Source: Vulcanimicrobiota bacterium (GTDB lineage: Bacteria; Vulcanimicrobiota; Xenobia; Xenobiales; JADMJV01). From it: a DNA stretch of 64,000 nt. Under the pieces are notes generated by a model. It ran no database searches. It had not been told where the DNA came from and worked only from the letters and a program-made list of their open reading frames with translations. Where the stretch lies: the NCBI GenBank assembly GCA_050250895.1, contig JBFWNU010000001.1, positions 3,712,149 to 3,776,148 of the forward strand, given 5' to 3'. The position numbers and the translations under genes were made by a program. Of this stretch, positions 17,993 to 31,996 are shown in pieces. How positions within the stretch are numbered: the first letter of the stretch is position 1; each line of letters opens with the position of its first letter.

Positions 17993-19484
17993 GGGGAGGG
18001 CCTTCGCTGAAGCCGGTCGGGCTCGGCCCCGCGGGGTCAAGACCCAAACGGCTATGGTTTATCCCATAGGCGAAGTAGACCACGATACCGATGGCCAGCC
18101 AGGCGAAGAAGCGGATCCAGGTCAAGGTCGGTAGGCCGAGCATCAGGTAGAAGCAAGAAATGCAGCCCAGGATGGGCACCAGAGGCACCATGGGGGTGCG
18201 GAACGGCCGTTCCGCGTCGGGTTTGGTGCGCCGCAGGATGATGACTCCGATGCACACCAGCACGAAGGCGAAGAGCGTGCCGATGTTGGTCAACTCGATC
18301 ACCACCGAGATGTCAAGAAATCCGGAGGCGATGGCCACCACCACTCCGGTGGCGATGGTGGTCACGTAGGGGGTGCGGTAGACGGGGTGCACTTTGGCGA
18401 AAAACTCGGGCAGCAGGCCGTCGCGCGACATCGAGAAGAAGATGCGGGGCTGGCCGAGCTGGAAGACCAGCAACACGGCGGTCATCGCGATGACCGCGCC
18501 GGCCGCGATCACGCCCGAGGCCCAGTGCAGACCCAGATTCTCGAAGGCGGTAGCCATCGGCTCGGCAGTGCCCAGGGTGGTGTAATTCGCTACGCCGCAG
18601 AGCACGCCCGCGACAATCACGTACAGGACGGTACAGATAATCAGCGAGCCGATAATGCCGATCGGCAAGTTGCGACCGGGGTCTTCGGTTTCTTCGGCCA
18701 CCGTCGATACGGCGTCAAAGCCGATGTAAGAGAAGAAGATGAGGGCTGCGGCTACCTGGATGCCCTTCCAGCCATTGGGAGCGAAGGGAACGTAGTTTTC
18801 GGGTTTGATGTAGAAAATGCCGACGCCGATGAAGAAGAGGATAATCACCAGCTTGAGCACCACCATGATGTTGTTGGTGGTGGTCGACTCGCGCACACCC
18901 CGCACCAGCAGCCAGGTCAAAAGGGCCACGATGGCCATGGCCGGAAAGTTGAAGACGATGGGGGCACCGAACAGGTGGGGGGCAGAGGCCGCAATCTCGG
19001 GGGTGATGTCGGCACGGGCCGTGCTCATCCAATCGGGTATGTGTATCCCCAATCCTGCTAGGAGCGCTTTGAAGTAGCCGGCCCACGACACGGCCACTGC
19101 CACGTTACCCACCGCATACTCGAGGATGAGGTCCCAACCGATAATCCAGGCGACCAGTTCCCCCATGGTGGCGTAGGCATAGGTGTAAGCGCTTCCGGCG
19201 ATGGGGATCATCGAGGCAAACTCGGCGTAGCAGAGGGCGCAGAAACCGCAGGTGATGGCCACCAGGATGAACGAGACGACCAGGGCCGGACCCGCCCCGG
19301 GCCGGTCCGCTGTTCCGCAAGCAGCCGTTCCGGTGGTGGCGAAGATGCCGGCTCCGATAATGGCGCCGATGCCCAACAGCACCAGGTCTTTGGCTTTCAA
19401 GACACGGGGCAGTCCGCCCTCGTTGTGTTCACCGGCCTCGGATAGGATGCGGTCGAGGGTTTTGACTTGGAATGCCTGGCTCAC
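17985..19484 (-). CDS. APC-superfamily amino acid permease (cationic amino acid transporter-like)
   Basis: GIGAIIGAGIF, YAEFASMIPIAGSAYTY, IGWDLILEY, FFSYIGFD, SRDGLLP; about 12 TM helices. Confidence 0.95.
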   Translation of the reverse strand: MSQAFQVKTLDRILSEAGEHNEGGLPRVLKAKDLVLLGIGAIIGAGIFATTGTAACGTADRPGAGPALVVSFILVAITCGFCALCYAEFASMIPIAGSAYTYAYATMGELVAWIIGWDLILEYAVGNVAVAVSWAGYFKALLAGLGIHIPDWMSTARADITPEIAASAPHLFGAPIVFNFPAMAIVALLTWLLVRGVRESTTTNNIMVVLKLVIILFFIGVGIFYIKPENYVPFAPNGWKGIQVAAALIFFSYIGFDAVSTVAEETEDPGRNLPIGIIGSLIICTVLYVIVAGVLCGVANYTTLGTAEPMATAFENLGLHWASGVIAAGAVIAMTAVLLVFQLGQPRIFFSMSRDGLLPEFFAKVHPVYRTPYVTTIATGVVVAIASGFLDISVVIELTNIGTLFAFVLVCIGVIILRRTKPDAERPFRTPMVPLVPILGCISCFYLMLGLPTLTWIRFFAWLAIGIVVYFAYGINHSRLGLDPAGPSPTGFSEGPPHA

Positions 19485-19540
19485 TGTTCCTCCCCGTGAT
19501 TCGAGTTCGCCTCTTTACCAGGTGAACAGGTCGCTTTCCT

Positions 19541-19930
19541 TTAGAGGGGGCCAGGCAGATTGGTGCGCAGCTGAATGGTGGTGCGAGGACCGGTGCCCAC
19601 CCTGACATGGGTCGAAGGTTGGCTGGGCGAGGGCGTCTCTTTGGGAAAGAGCAACCACCAGGTCACGCCGTCGCCGGTCCACTCCATGGTTTGAGGACCG
19701 CCGGGCAATCGTTGGGCATAGAACTCGCGAACCTGAGCGGGCGAGTCGTCGGTCACCAGCACGGCGATGGCCAACCGGCCGTTCTTCACCAGCTGGCTCA
19801 CCTCGGCCCCGGGGTAGAACTCCAACGGGAAGTCGGTTTTTTGGGCCGGCTGGACGGTCGGGGTTTCGACCTTCTCGGTGGGGGCGCAAGCGACCAGGAA
19901 AAGGGCCAAAAAGGCTGCCAGGAGTCTCAC
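19541..19930 (-). CDS. Lipoprotein
   Basis: Lipobox FLVA-C; F.LEFYPGA...DSPAQVREFY motif. Confidence 0.7.
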   Translation of the reverse strand: MRLLAAFLALFLVACAPTEKVETPTVQPAQKTDFPLEFYPGAEVSQLVKNGRLAIAVLVTDDSPAQVREFYAQRLPGGPQTMEWTGDGVTWWLLFPKETPSPSQPSTHVRVGTGPRTTIQLRTNLPGPL

Positions 19931-19966
19931 GGGGCCGCCCTTCTCGGGTTGGGGCTAGCAAACCTG

Positions 19967-20130
19967 TAACAAGATGCTAACACCGCTCCGAACCTTTTCC
20001 AAAAAGGCACCAAAGGAAGGGCTCCTAAAATCGACTTTGGGATCTTTTGGAATTTCCTCGAGGGGTTTTACAATCTGTTAACATCTGGGGGGCGGTGCGG
20101 AATCCCCCCGGAACCCGGGCGACGTATCCT
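19967..20130 (+). promoter_or_regulatory. Two TAACA-N6-TAACA boxes plus candidate -10 element
   Basis: TAACAagatgcTAACA (19967/19978); TTACAatctgtTAACA (20068/20079); TATCCT at 20125, 46 nt after the last half-site. Confidence 0.55.
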
Positions 20131-20139
20131 TAGCATGTG

Positions 20140-22362
20140 ATGAACGCCCTGATAACCCGCCAGGCCCCGACCAAGGTAGTCTTCCAGCCGATGCCGGAAG
20201 CTCCCCAGGCCGAAGAAACCCAGGCCCAACAGAAGGCCGAACAAGCAGCCCCCCAACAGGAGGCTCGCCAAACCCCGGTTCGGACTCAACTCACGGCGCT
20301 CAATCAGCTCAAAGCCGGTTGGGAACTCTGGACCCGGCAGCAGCCCGATAGCCTGCCCCAAGAAACTCGCCCCGACCAGCAAACCACCAAACAGACCACC
20401 GGCAAGAACAAGCCGACCGCCCAACAGAGCCAGGCCGCCGTTTCTCAGGGCGCCGTCTCCAAGACCAAGAACTCCGAGAGCAAGAAGACCCAGGAAACCG
20501 GCTCGGCCGACGCTCAAGAAGTCGAAGAGAAGAAGAACAACTGGTTCAACCGAGCCGTTGGTCGCGTCAAAGCCCGCAGCCAGCGCACCGGCCAGCGTGG
20601 CCTCAACGAGACCCAGCTCGGTCGCACCCTCCAGGCCGGCCCGATGTCGGTGGCCGACCCGCTGCGCCTCGAAGAGATGCTGTGCGTGCGCTCGCCCGAA
20701 CTGGCCCAGCGCCTGTCGGTCTCCGAGGCCAAGGCTCTGCTGCGTCCCGAGTGGAACAGCTGGGGCGCCGCTCTCTATCTGGGCCAGGGCCTTCCCCTCA
20801 GCGCCCGTGGCCGCGCTCAGCGCCAGCGCCTGAGCCTGCTCAGCGCCGAAGAACAAGCCATCTCGCGCCTGTGGGCCATGCAGATCGGCACCAGCGGCCA
20901 ACAGAACGGCGCCGTTCTGCTGCGCGCCGCCAAGAGCCCTGAACTCTTTACCCCTCACGAACAGAAGATCGCCGCCCTGCTTCAGGCCGACGATGTCAAG
21001 CGCTATGGAGCCACCAACGGCCGAGCCCTCGACCGCGCCTTCGCCAGCGTGCTCGAGCGTCTGACCGGCTGCATCTTCGACGAATATATCGACCAGGCTC
21101 CCACCTACTACGCGATGGCTCCCCTGCCGACCGACGGCAAAGCCAAGAACCTCAACGCTTTCCATCACGGCCTGCTGCGTCTCATCGCGGGCGCCCCGCT
21201 GATGAACCTGGGCCTGATCGAAGACCAGCCCACCGCTGACCCCTTCACCAAGCACGACGGCCTTTCGGGTCGTCTGACCCGCAAAGAGATGCTGACCTTG
21301 CTCTGTGGCGACCTCACCGACGCCGTCGACGAGTTGCTGAGCATCGTCTATCTCGACCACCGCCCCGCGGCCGCCAACCGCGTGCCGCTGGCCGTGGAAA
21401 AGCTTCGCCCGGTGGGCACCGACTTCCCCACCACCGGCAACCCCCACCGCTACACCCGCGCCGTGGCCGCCACCGGCGAAGACCTCTCGCTGCTCGACGA
21501 AGAGCTGGCCAGCCTGGCCCGCATCTCGGGCTTCTCGGCTCAGGCCAACCACCTCGAAGGCCGCTTCGAGTATGGCCTGTCGATGCGCCGCCCGGCCGAC
21601 ATGAGCGAATTCACCCGCTTTCAGCAGGGTGAAGAGCTGGCTGCCTGGGCCTCGACTCGGATGCGCGCCTATGAATTCACCGCCTACGTGGCCGGCTGTG
21701 AAGAGGACCTGGCTCGGGCCACCGAAGTCTTCGGCTATCTGGCCCCTGATGCCCGCCTGCTGGTTCAGACCGTGGCCCTTTACGCCAGCGAGCACGGCCC
21801 CGGCGCCGGCGGCTTCCGCCTCGAAGAACTACGCCTGCTGCTGCTGCAGAAGGGCCTCGACGAGCTGGCCGACGAGTTCGGCGTCGGCTCGCAGCTCGTG
21901 CCCACCATCGGCGCCATCGCCGCCGCCATGGACCGCGCCGCCGTGACCATCTCGGATGTGGTCACCAGCAAAGGCCTGCTCGACCTCGACCGCTTCTTCT
22001 ATGGAATGGCCATCGTGCTCGGTGGCGACTTCAATCAGCAGCTGGCCCTGCACGACGCCGCCGCCGACAGCTCGGTGACCCCGCTGTGGCTGCAGCTCGA
22101 CCAGGATGGCGATGGCAAGATTGCCGGTGCCGAGCTGGCCGCGGCGATGTCGACCCTGCACGACGTGCTCAACCTGGGCCACGTGGGCGCCACTCCCAGC
22201 GCCGAAGCTCCGGCCGTGGTTCGTCACATCTACGCCCGCTACGACCGGCTGGGAATGGGAATGTCCTCCGACCAGCTGCTGCGGATGACCTGGGACTTCT
22301 TCTCTCTGGTCGATGCGATGATTCACCAGTTCCCCGAGCAAAAGCGCGCTCTTGCATCGTAG
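20140..22362 (+). CDS. Hypothetical protein with Q/K/T-rich disordered N-terminus and a C-terminal EF-hand-like motif
   Basis: Long ORF with strong GC3 bias; DQDGDGKIAGAEL loop; no signal peptide. Confidence 0.75.
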   Translation: MNALITRQAPTKVVFQPMPEAPQAEETQAQQKAEQAAPQQEARQTPVRTQLTALNQLKAGWELWTRQQPDSLPQETRPDQQTTKQTTGKNKPTAQQSQAAVSQGAVSKTKNSESKKTQETGSADAQEVEEKKNNWFNRAVGRVKARSQRTGQRGLNETQLGRTLQAGPMSVADPLRLEEMLCVRSPELAQRLSVSEAKALLRPEWNSWGAALYLGQGLPLSARGRAQRQRLSLLSAEEQAISRLWAMQIGTSGQQNGAVLLRAAKSPELFTPHEQKIAALLQADDVKRYGATNGRALDRAFASVLERLTGCIFDEYIDQAPTYYAMAPLPTDGKAKNLNAFHHGLLRLIAGAPLMNLGLIEDQPTADPFTKHDGLSGRLTRKEMLTLLCGDLTDAVDELLSIVYLDHRPAAANRVPLAVEKLRPVGTDFPTTGNPHRYTRAVAATGEDLSLLDEELASLARISGFSAQANHLEGRFEYGLSMRRPADMSEFTRFQQGEELAAWASTRMRAYEFTAYVAGCEEDLARATEVFGYLAPDARLLVQTVALYASEHGPGAGGFRLEELRLLLLQKGLDELADEFGVGSQLVPTIGAIAAAMDRAAVTISDVVTSKGLLDLDRFFYGMAIVLGGDFNQQLALHDAAADSSVTPLWLQLDQDGDGKIAGAELAAAMSTLHDVLNLGHVGATPSAEAPAVVRHIYARYDRLGMGMSSDQLLRMTWDFFSLVDAMIHQFPEQKRALAS

Positions 22363-22395
22363 GGGTGGCCCGGTGATACGCTGAAGGAACCCCTG

Positions 22396-24795
<2,400 letters not shown>

Positions 24796-24808
24796 CCGGG
24801 CGTCGGCT

Positions 24809-26360
24809 TCGCCGCCGAGCAAGGAGCGCCGGCTTTGCCGTCGAGGAAGGAGCCGCTTTGCGGAGAGGGGAGCGGAGCAGAGCTCCGAGAGGGGAGCGAG
24901 TTGAGCTGTCGCTCAACTCGAGGTTCTGAGGGCACTCGACGCTGCGCGTCGTAAACCTTGGGCGGCTTCGCCGCCGCTCGGCTAGGCACAAGCGCCGGGC
25001 TAGAGCTCGACTTCCACGTGGAAGTGGCCGCCGGGCGGGCGAGCGTTCTGCCCAGGGCCGCGGCGCGCCCGGCTAGGCCGGGCCGCCCCGCGGGCGAGGC
25101 CGGGTGGGGGTGAGGGTCGTGCGCCGCACACTGGCGAGATCGGACTGTGCGGCGCATAATCGCCGGCTAATAGCGACAGGTGTTCGATCCAGGCCGCCGC
25201 GGCCAAGCTCAGAAAAACTCGACTGGGCGACTTCCGCACGGAAGACGTCGCGGCTAGGGGCGGCGACCTCGCCCTGGTCACTTCCGCCGCGGAAGACGGC
25301 CGGGTTGGGCCCGCCCCGGCAGGGCCCGACGAGTCGGCTTGCGACTTCCAGGTGGAAGACCGCCAAGCTCGGCAGCATCTCTCGGGCCGCCGCAACTCGC
25401 CGGGGCGACTTACGCACGGAAGACTGCCTCGTCGCACACTGGCCAGATCGGACGTGCGGCGCACAACTCCAGGAAGGTAGCGAGCAAGGAGCGCCGGCTT
25501 CGCCGTGCGAGGAAGGAGCGGAGCAGAGCTCCGAGAGGGGAGCGAGTTGAGCTGTCGCTCAACTCGAGGTTTTTGAGAAAGTCGACGCTGCGCGTCGTAA
25601 GTCTTTTCGCGGCTTCGCCGCCGCTCGGCTAGGCACAAGCGCCGGGCTAGAGCTCGACTTCCACGTGGAAGTGGCCGCCGGGCGGGCGAGCGTTCTGCCC
25701 AGGGCCGCGGCGCGCCCGGCTAGGCCGGGCCGCCCCGCGGGCGAGGCCGGGTGGGGGTGAGGGTCGTGCGCCGCACACTGGCGAGATCGGACTGTGCGGC
25801 GCATAATCGCCGGCTAATAGCGACAGGTGTTCGATCCAGGCCGCCGCGGCCAAGCTCAGAAAAACTCGACTGGGCGACTTCCGCACGGAAGACGTCGCGG
25901 CTAGGGGCGGCGACCTCGCCCTGGTCACTTCCGCCGCGGAAGACGGCCGGGTTGGGCCCGCCCCGGCAGGGCCCGACGAGTCGGCTTGCGACTTCCAGGT
26001 GGAAGACCGCCAAGCTCGGCAGCATCTCTCGGGCCGCCGCAACTCGCCGGGGCGACTTACGCACGGAAGACTGCCTCGTCGCACACTGGCCAGATCGGAC
26101 GTGCGGCGCACAACTCCAGGAAGGTAGCGAGCAAGGAGCGCCGGCTTCGCCGTGCGAGAGGGGAGCGAGTTGAGCTGTCGCTCAACTCGAGGTTCTGAGG
26201 GTACTCGACGCTTCGCGTCGTAAACTTTAGGCGGCTTCGCCGCCGCGGCGCGCCGGGCTAGGTCCAGGCCGCCGGGCGGGGGTCGTGCGCCGCACACGGG
26301 TTAGATCGGATTGTGCGGCGCACAACTGCCGGAGGATAGCGAGCAAGTGTTCGGTCTGGA
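24809..26360. repeat. About 2.3 tandem copies of a ~647-bp composite palindromic unit
   Basis: About 24963-25510 recurs at about 25610-26157 (offset 647); hairpin CGAGTTGAGC-TGTC-GCTCAACTCG at 24897, 25543 and 26166. Confidence 0.9.
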
Positions 26361-26402
26361 CCGGCGAGGCGGCCGCTGTGACGCGCCGGGCCCGGGCCAG
26401 GA

Positions 26403-28688
26403 TTAGCCCATGAGAAGGGCTTTTTGTTGGGCGCGCAGCAGGTCGATGCTGGGCTCGAGGTCGAGTTCGCGCTTGAGCGACTTCTGGCACAGTTGAAACA
26501 GCTTGAGCGCGCCTTCGGGGCGACCCAGTTCGAGGCAGGCCTCCATGGCGCGCAGAGCGGCTTCTTGATTGCAGCTGTCGAACTCGAGCACCCGCTCCGA
26601 GCAGTAAAGAGCTTGCTGAAACATGTGCTGTTCGCTGGCGATGCCGCTGAGCTTGAGCAAACAAGCCGTCATACGCTGCTCGAGCTGGCTGCGCTGGAGC
26701 AGCGCCCAGTCGAGGTAGCACCCGCTGAGGTAAGGACCGCGATAGAGGCGGGTCATCTGTTCGAGATAGGCGCCGACCTTGGCCCACGGCTGCGAGCCGT
26801 CGAGATGCTCGACGTTGTCGAGTACCCGGGTTAGTTCTTGATAATCGTGCCAGTAGGGCACTTCAGGGTTCAGCGAGAAGCCGGCCGAACTCTTGAGGAT
26901 GTAGTTGACGTCCGAGTCGTCAGACTCGGGACGCAAGCCGCGCCGCAGCACCGAAATGGCCTGGCTGAGGCGTTTACGGCTATTGGCTCCGAGATCGGGC
27001 CAGAATTGCTCCATCAGCTCGTCTTCTGACAGTGGCCGGTCGGCTGCCGCGACGTAGGCCAGCACGTAGTAGCGCTTCTTGCCTCCCATCACCTTGCTGT
27101 CGAGGCGCTCTTCACCGCGAAAGACCTCGAAGCCGCCCATCGAGAAGATGCGCAGCAACGACGGCGCTCCGGCCTCGACACCAGCCGATTCAGCTTTCTC
27201 TAGAGCCTGACGGACACTGGCAAAGGTCGTCTTCTTGGAGAGTTGCCGCGAGAGTGACTCGAGCCCGCGCGGACGCGCCTCGGTGAGGGTCTTGACCAGG
27301 TTGAGCTGCGCCTCTTCGCTGAGCGGCGTCGAGTCGATCAGAGCAAAGACCTGACCAGGCAGCTCTTTGACCAACCGCCGCAGGCTGCGTGTCACGGCGG
27401 GGGTGGCCTGATTGTGGCGCAGCAGCCCGGGTAGCAACCACCAGGCCGAGTCGAGCAAGACGTCGAGATGGGCCGCCGAGAGCAGTTGGTTGAGGGCCGG
27501 CTCGATCCACTCCTGGCGCCCGCGGCCGAGAAAGGTCAGAGCCAGTTGGGCGCGAGCCTGGTCTCCGCTACCGGTCAGGGCCTCTTGTAGCGATTGCTCC
27601 AGCAGTCCGAAAGCCCGGTCCGAGCCGATCCGAGCCAGAATCAGGCCGCCTTCCAGGAAAACGTGGGCTTTGACATCGGTGGGCAGGTCGCCGGCCACCT
27701 CGACCGCCTTGGCCACGGACTCTTGACTGGGGCCCAGTTGGCCTCCGGCAGCGTGCAGGCGAGCCGACCCCAGCAAGGCTTCGACCCGGCGATGGGGGCG
27801 GGGTTCTTTGCTGAGCAATTCTTCATAGGCCGAAACGGCAGCTTCGCGGTCGCCCGAGACTTCACACAGGTAGGCCGCAGCCAATAACTCTTCTCGGCCT
27901 TCGTTCTCGCTGGTCTGTTTGGCCAACTCGCGCATGAGACGACCGACACGGCCCTCGACCTCGGGATAAGCCAGGGCGGCTTCGAGCACTTCCGAAGCCA
28001 GTTTCTGGTCGTGGGCCTCACCTCCCTCGAGAATGGCCTTGATGCTGCCGGGCAATCCCTGGCGAAAGGCGGACACCGGGCTGACCTGGGCGCGCTCGAG
28101 GGCAGCCACCAGCGTAGCGACCTGCACATTCTGGGCGGTGGCGCGGTCATAACCCAGAGCTTCGGCCACCCGCCCGGCCAATCGGCCCCGCTCGAGGCAA
28201 CCAAATCCCGATTCTTCCTGGTTTGGCAGCGAAGCCACCATCGCCTCGATGGCCCACAGCGTCGTTTCAAGCATCGACTGCTCGCGAAAATGCAGGCTGC
28301 GGGCGTCGCGAATGCGGCCGACCGCACGCGCCACGGCGTCGAGCAGGTCGTCGAGGCGGAACGGCTTGCGCAGGTATTCGCCCACCCTCAACCGGACGGC
28401 CCGGATCGACTCCTCTTCGGTCGAGTAGCCCGTAATCACGATACTCTCGAGTTCGGGCCGCTGGACCTTCATGCGCCGCAAAGCCTCAAGGCCGTCCACT
28501 CCCGGCATTTTGATGTCGGTAATGACTAGCTCGAAAGGTTGTTCTTTGGCCAGTTGCAGAGCCTGGTCGCCGGAGCCGGCCGAGAGTACCACCAGGCCTT
28601 CTTCGTCTTCCAGGGCCGAGACGATGACACGACGGAGACGCTCGTCATCCTCGACAACAAGAACCAGGATGTCACCTGCTTGGGTCAT
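26403..28688 (-). CDS. Response regulator with REC, TPR-like region and winged-helix/BTAD (SARP-type) activator domain
   Basis: VLVVEDD, ITDIKMPGVDG, ITGY, KPF; C-terminal LRIFSMGGFEV, LMEQFWP, LYRGPYL, ELDLEPS. Confidence 0.88.
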   Translation of the reverse strand: MTQAGDILVLVVEDDERLRRVIVSALEDEEGLVVLSAGSGDQALQLAKEQPFELVITDIKMPGVDGLEALRRMKVQRPELESIVITGYSTEEESIRAVRLRVGEYLRKPFRLDDLLDAVARAVGRIRDARSLHFREQSMLETTLWAIEAMVASLPNQEESGFGCLERGRLAGRVAEALGYDRATAQNVQVATLVAALERAQVSPVSAFRQGLPGSIKAILEGGEAHDQKLASEVLEAALAYPEVEGRVGRLMRELAKQTSENEGREELLAAAYLCEVSGDREAAVSAYEELLSKEPRPHRRVEALLGSARLHAAGGQLGPSQESVAKAVEVAGDLPTDVKAHVFLEGGLILARIGSDRAFGLLEQSLQEALTGSGDQARAQLALTFLGRGRQEWIEPALNQLLSAAHLDVLLDSAWWLLPGLLRHNQATPAVTRSLRRLVKELPGQVFALIDSTPLSEEAQLNLVKTLTEARPRGLESLSRQLSKKTTFASVRQALEKAESAGVEAGAPSLLRIFSMGGFEVFRGEERLDSKVMGGKKRYYVLAYVAAADRPLSEDELMEQFWPDLGANSRKRLSQAISVLRRGLRPESDDSDVNYILKSSAGFSLNPEVPYWHDYQELTRVLDNVEHLDGSQPWAKVGAYLEQMTRLYRGPYLSGCYLDWALLQRSQLEQRMTACLLKLSGIASEQHMFQQALYCSERVLEFDSCNQEAALRAMEACLELGRPEGALKLFQLCQKSLKRELDLEPSIDLLRAQQKALLMG

Positions 28689-28741
28689 TGCTGTAGCTTC
28701 GTTCTGTGTGCCCCACTACAGTCCTTCGGGAAAGCCCCTCC

Positions 28742-28770
28742 AAAAAAAGCTCCCCGGCGTAGCCGGGGCA
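28742..28770 (-). terminator. Rho-independent terminator of the flavin reductase gene
   Basis: Minus strand CCCCGGC-TAC-GCCGGGG stem-loop followed by T7. Confidence 0.8.
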
Positions 28771-28801
28771 CCAGGGAAAGGACTGAGAGGTAATACTTTT
28801 G

Positions 28802-29356
28802 CTATCGGGTCCAGTCGTTCTCGCGAACTTTTCCCGTCCAGAAACACAAGGGGGAAGCGGATTCCCCCACGTCAAGGCCAACCACTTCGCCGATGACGAT
28901 GGAGTGGTCACCGCCGGGGTGGATCGCGTGAATTCGACATTCGAGGCGCGCCAGGCAGCCGTCGAGCAGGGGCGCACCCGTGAAGGGGCCAGTGCGGTGA
29001 GCCACGCCTGCGAAGCGGTCCCCTTCGCAACGACCGGCAAAGCGACCACACAGGTCGCCCTGGCCGTCGGTCAAGAGGTTGACTGCAAAGGTGCCGGTCC
29101 GGCGAATAACTTCGAGGGTGTGACTGCCGTTCTTGGGACAAAACAGCAGTAAGGGCGGTTCGAGCGATACCGAGGTTAGCGAGTTGACGGTCATGCCGGT
29201 CTTGGTCCCACCTTCTCCGGCCGTCACTATGGCCACGCCCGTGGCGAAGTTTCCGATGCAGTCACGGTAGTCGCGGCTGGTGAAGGGGGGCAGCAGATTC
29301 GCCGGAACGCCCTTCTCGGTCAGAACTGCGGTGGGGGGACTCATGACTTGGACCAT
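28802..29356 (-). CDS. Flavin reductase (HpaC/RutF-like)
   Basis: FATGVAIVT, GMTVNSLTSVSLEPPLLL, FAVNLL, GGDHSIVIGEV. Confidence 0.95.
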   Translation of the reverse strand: MVQVMSPPTAVLTEKGVPANLLPPFTSRDYRDCIGNFATGVAIVTAGEGGTKTGMTVNSLTSVSLEPPLLLFCPKNGSHTLEVIRRTGTFAVNLLTDGQGDLCGRFAGRCEGDRFAGVAHRTGPFTGAPLLDGCLARLECRIHAIHPGGDHSIVIGEVVGLDVGESASPLCFWTGKVRENDWTR

Positions 29357-29398
29357 TGCGTACTACTCCTCAGCGTGTGGATAGAACCCTCTAGCTCT

Positions 29399-29471
29399 AG
29401 ACTATCAGCTGACCATTCACCGGAGGTTTTCCAGATGAAAACCAGGTTTCCGGATTGTTACCGGATTGTTT
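29399..29471 (-). promoter_or_regulatory. AAACA-N6-TAACA box plus candidate -10 element
   Basis: Near-perfect 11-bp repeat CCGGATTGTTA/CCGGATTGTTT (29450-29471); minus strand TGaTAGTCT 56 nt downstream. Confidence 0.5.
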
Positions 29472-29503
29472 CCGTTTGGACAGCATTCCAGGGGGCGGCC
29501 CGG

Positions 29504-29536
29504 AAAAAAAAAGGCACCCCGGCCTAAGCCGGGGCT
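29504..29536 (-). terminator. Rho-independent terminator of the Gly-rich protein gene
   Basis: Minus strand CCCCGGC-TTAG-GCCGGGG stem-loop followed by T9. Confidence 0.85.
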
Positions 29537-29572
29537 CCAGAGGGCCACAACGTTTGGGTTGAAGTCTTAGTT

Positions 29573-31414
<1,842 letters not shown>

Positions 31415-31448
31415 CTACTCCCTCAATCTTGTTTTGTCGTGTGTCTAT

Positions 31449-31510
31449 ATGTTACGGATGCGCGTTTCGGGTCGCTTCTTTTTTGCCAGGCTAATGTTAC
31501 AAGAATGTTT
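31449..31510 (-). promoter_or_regulatory. AAACA-N6-TAACA box plus candidate -10 element
   Basis: Minus strand AAACAttcttgTAACA (31510/31499); TAACAT 45 nt downstream. Confidence 0.55.
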
Positions 31511-31996
31511 CCACTCGTCGCGATTTCCTTGGCCAGGAGCCGGGATTCGAGGGGTTAAGGAGGCTTAGGATGCTTATTTTAAAGGGTTTTCTGATGGTTT
31601 TCGTCGGGTTGGAGAAAGCTTGGGAGGCCTTCCTCCGGGAGGTACCGGGCGGTCGAGTGGCGAACAAGCCTTGCTCGCGAGTGGGGTAAAGCGGAGACCT
31701 GGGGCCGGTCGATCAGGAGTCCACGCGCGGCCCAACCCGTCCCTGCCAGCTTCACGCCTCCCCATCGCTACGTCGCCTGGACGTCGCTGCTCGCTCTGGC
31801 TTGCTGTCGGCCGGTGTGCCCCGTGGTCGACGAACCTCGCTCGGTCTCTTCAGCCGAGTGTGAGCGCACCTGTCGATTGGGGAGAGTGACCGGCGCAGCC
31901 GCCGGTGCTGGCCATCGTCCGCCGGGCATCCCTGGCGGAGGCGAAGTCGGGATGGATCGGCGCCTCAGGGTGGGGACGAATTTGCCGGATGTTGCA

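Noticed and set aside
20068-21795. 575-aa antisense ORF (likewise 45296-47020 and 50163-51608)
   Set aside because: Antisense shadows of high-GC3 genes
25229-25425. Mini-CRISPR from GACTTCC..GGAAGAC repeats with 64-bp period
   Set aside because: Repeats are short and variable in the centre, periods are irregular, and there is no leader or cas gene; kept as part of the mosaic repeat
31560-31990. Possible ncRNA or riboswitch in the long intergenic gap
   Set aside because: No recognisable conserved motif by eye; needs an Rfam/Infernal search
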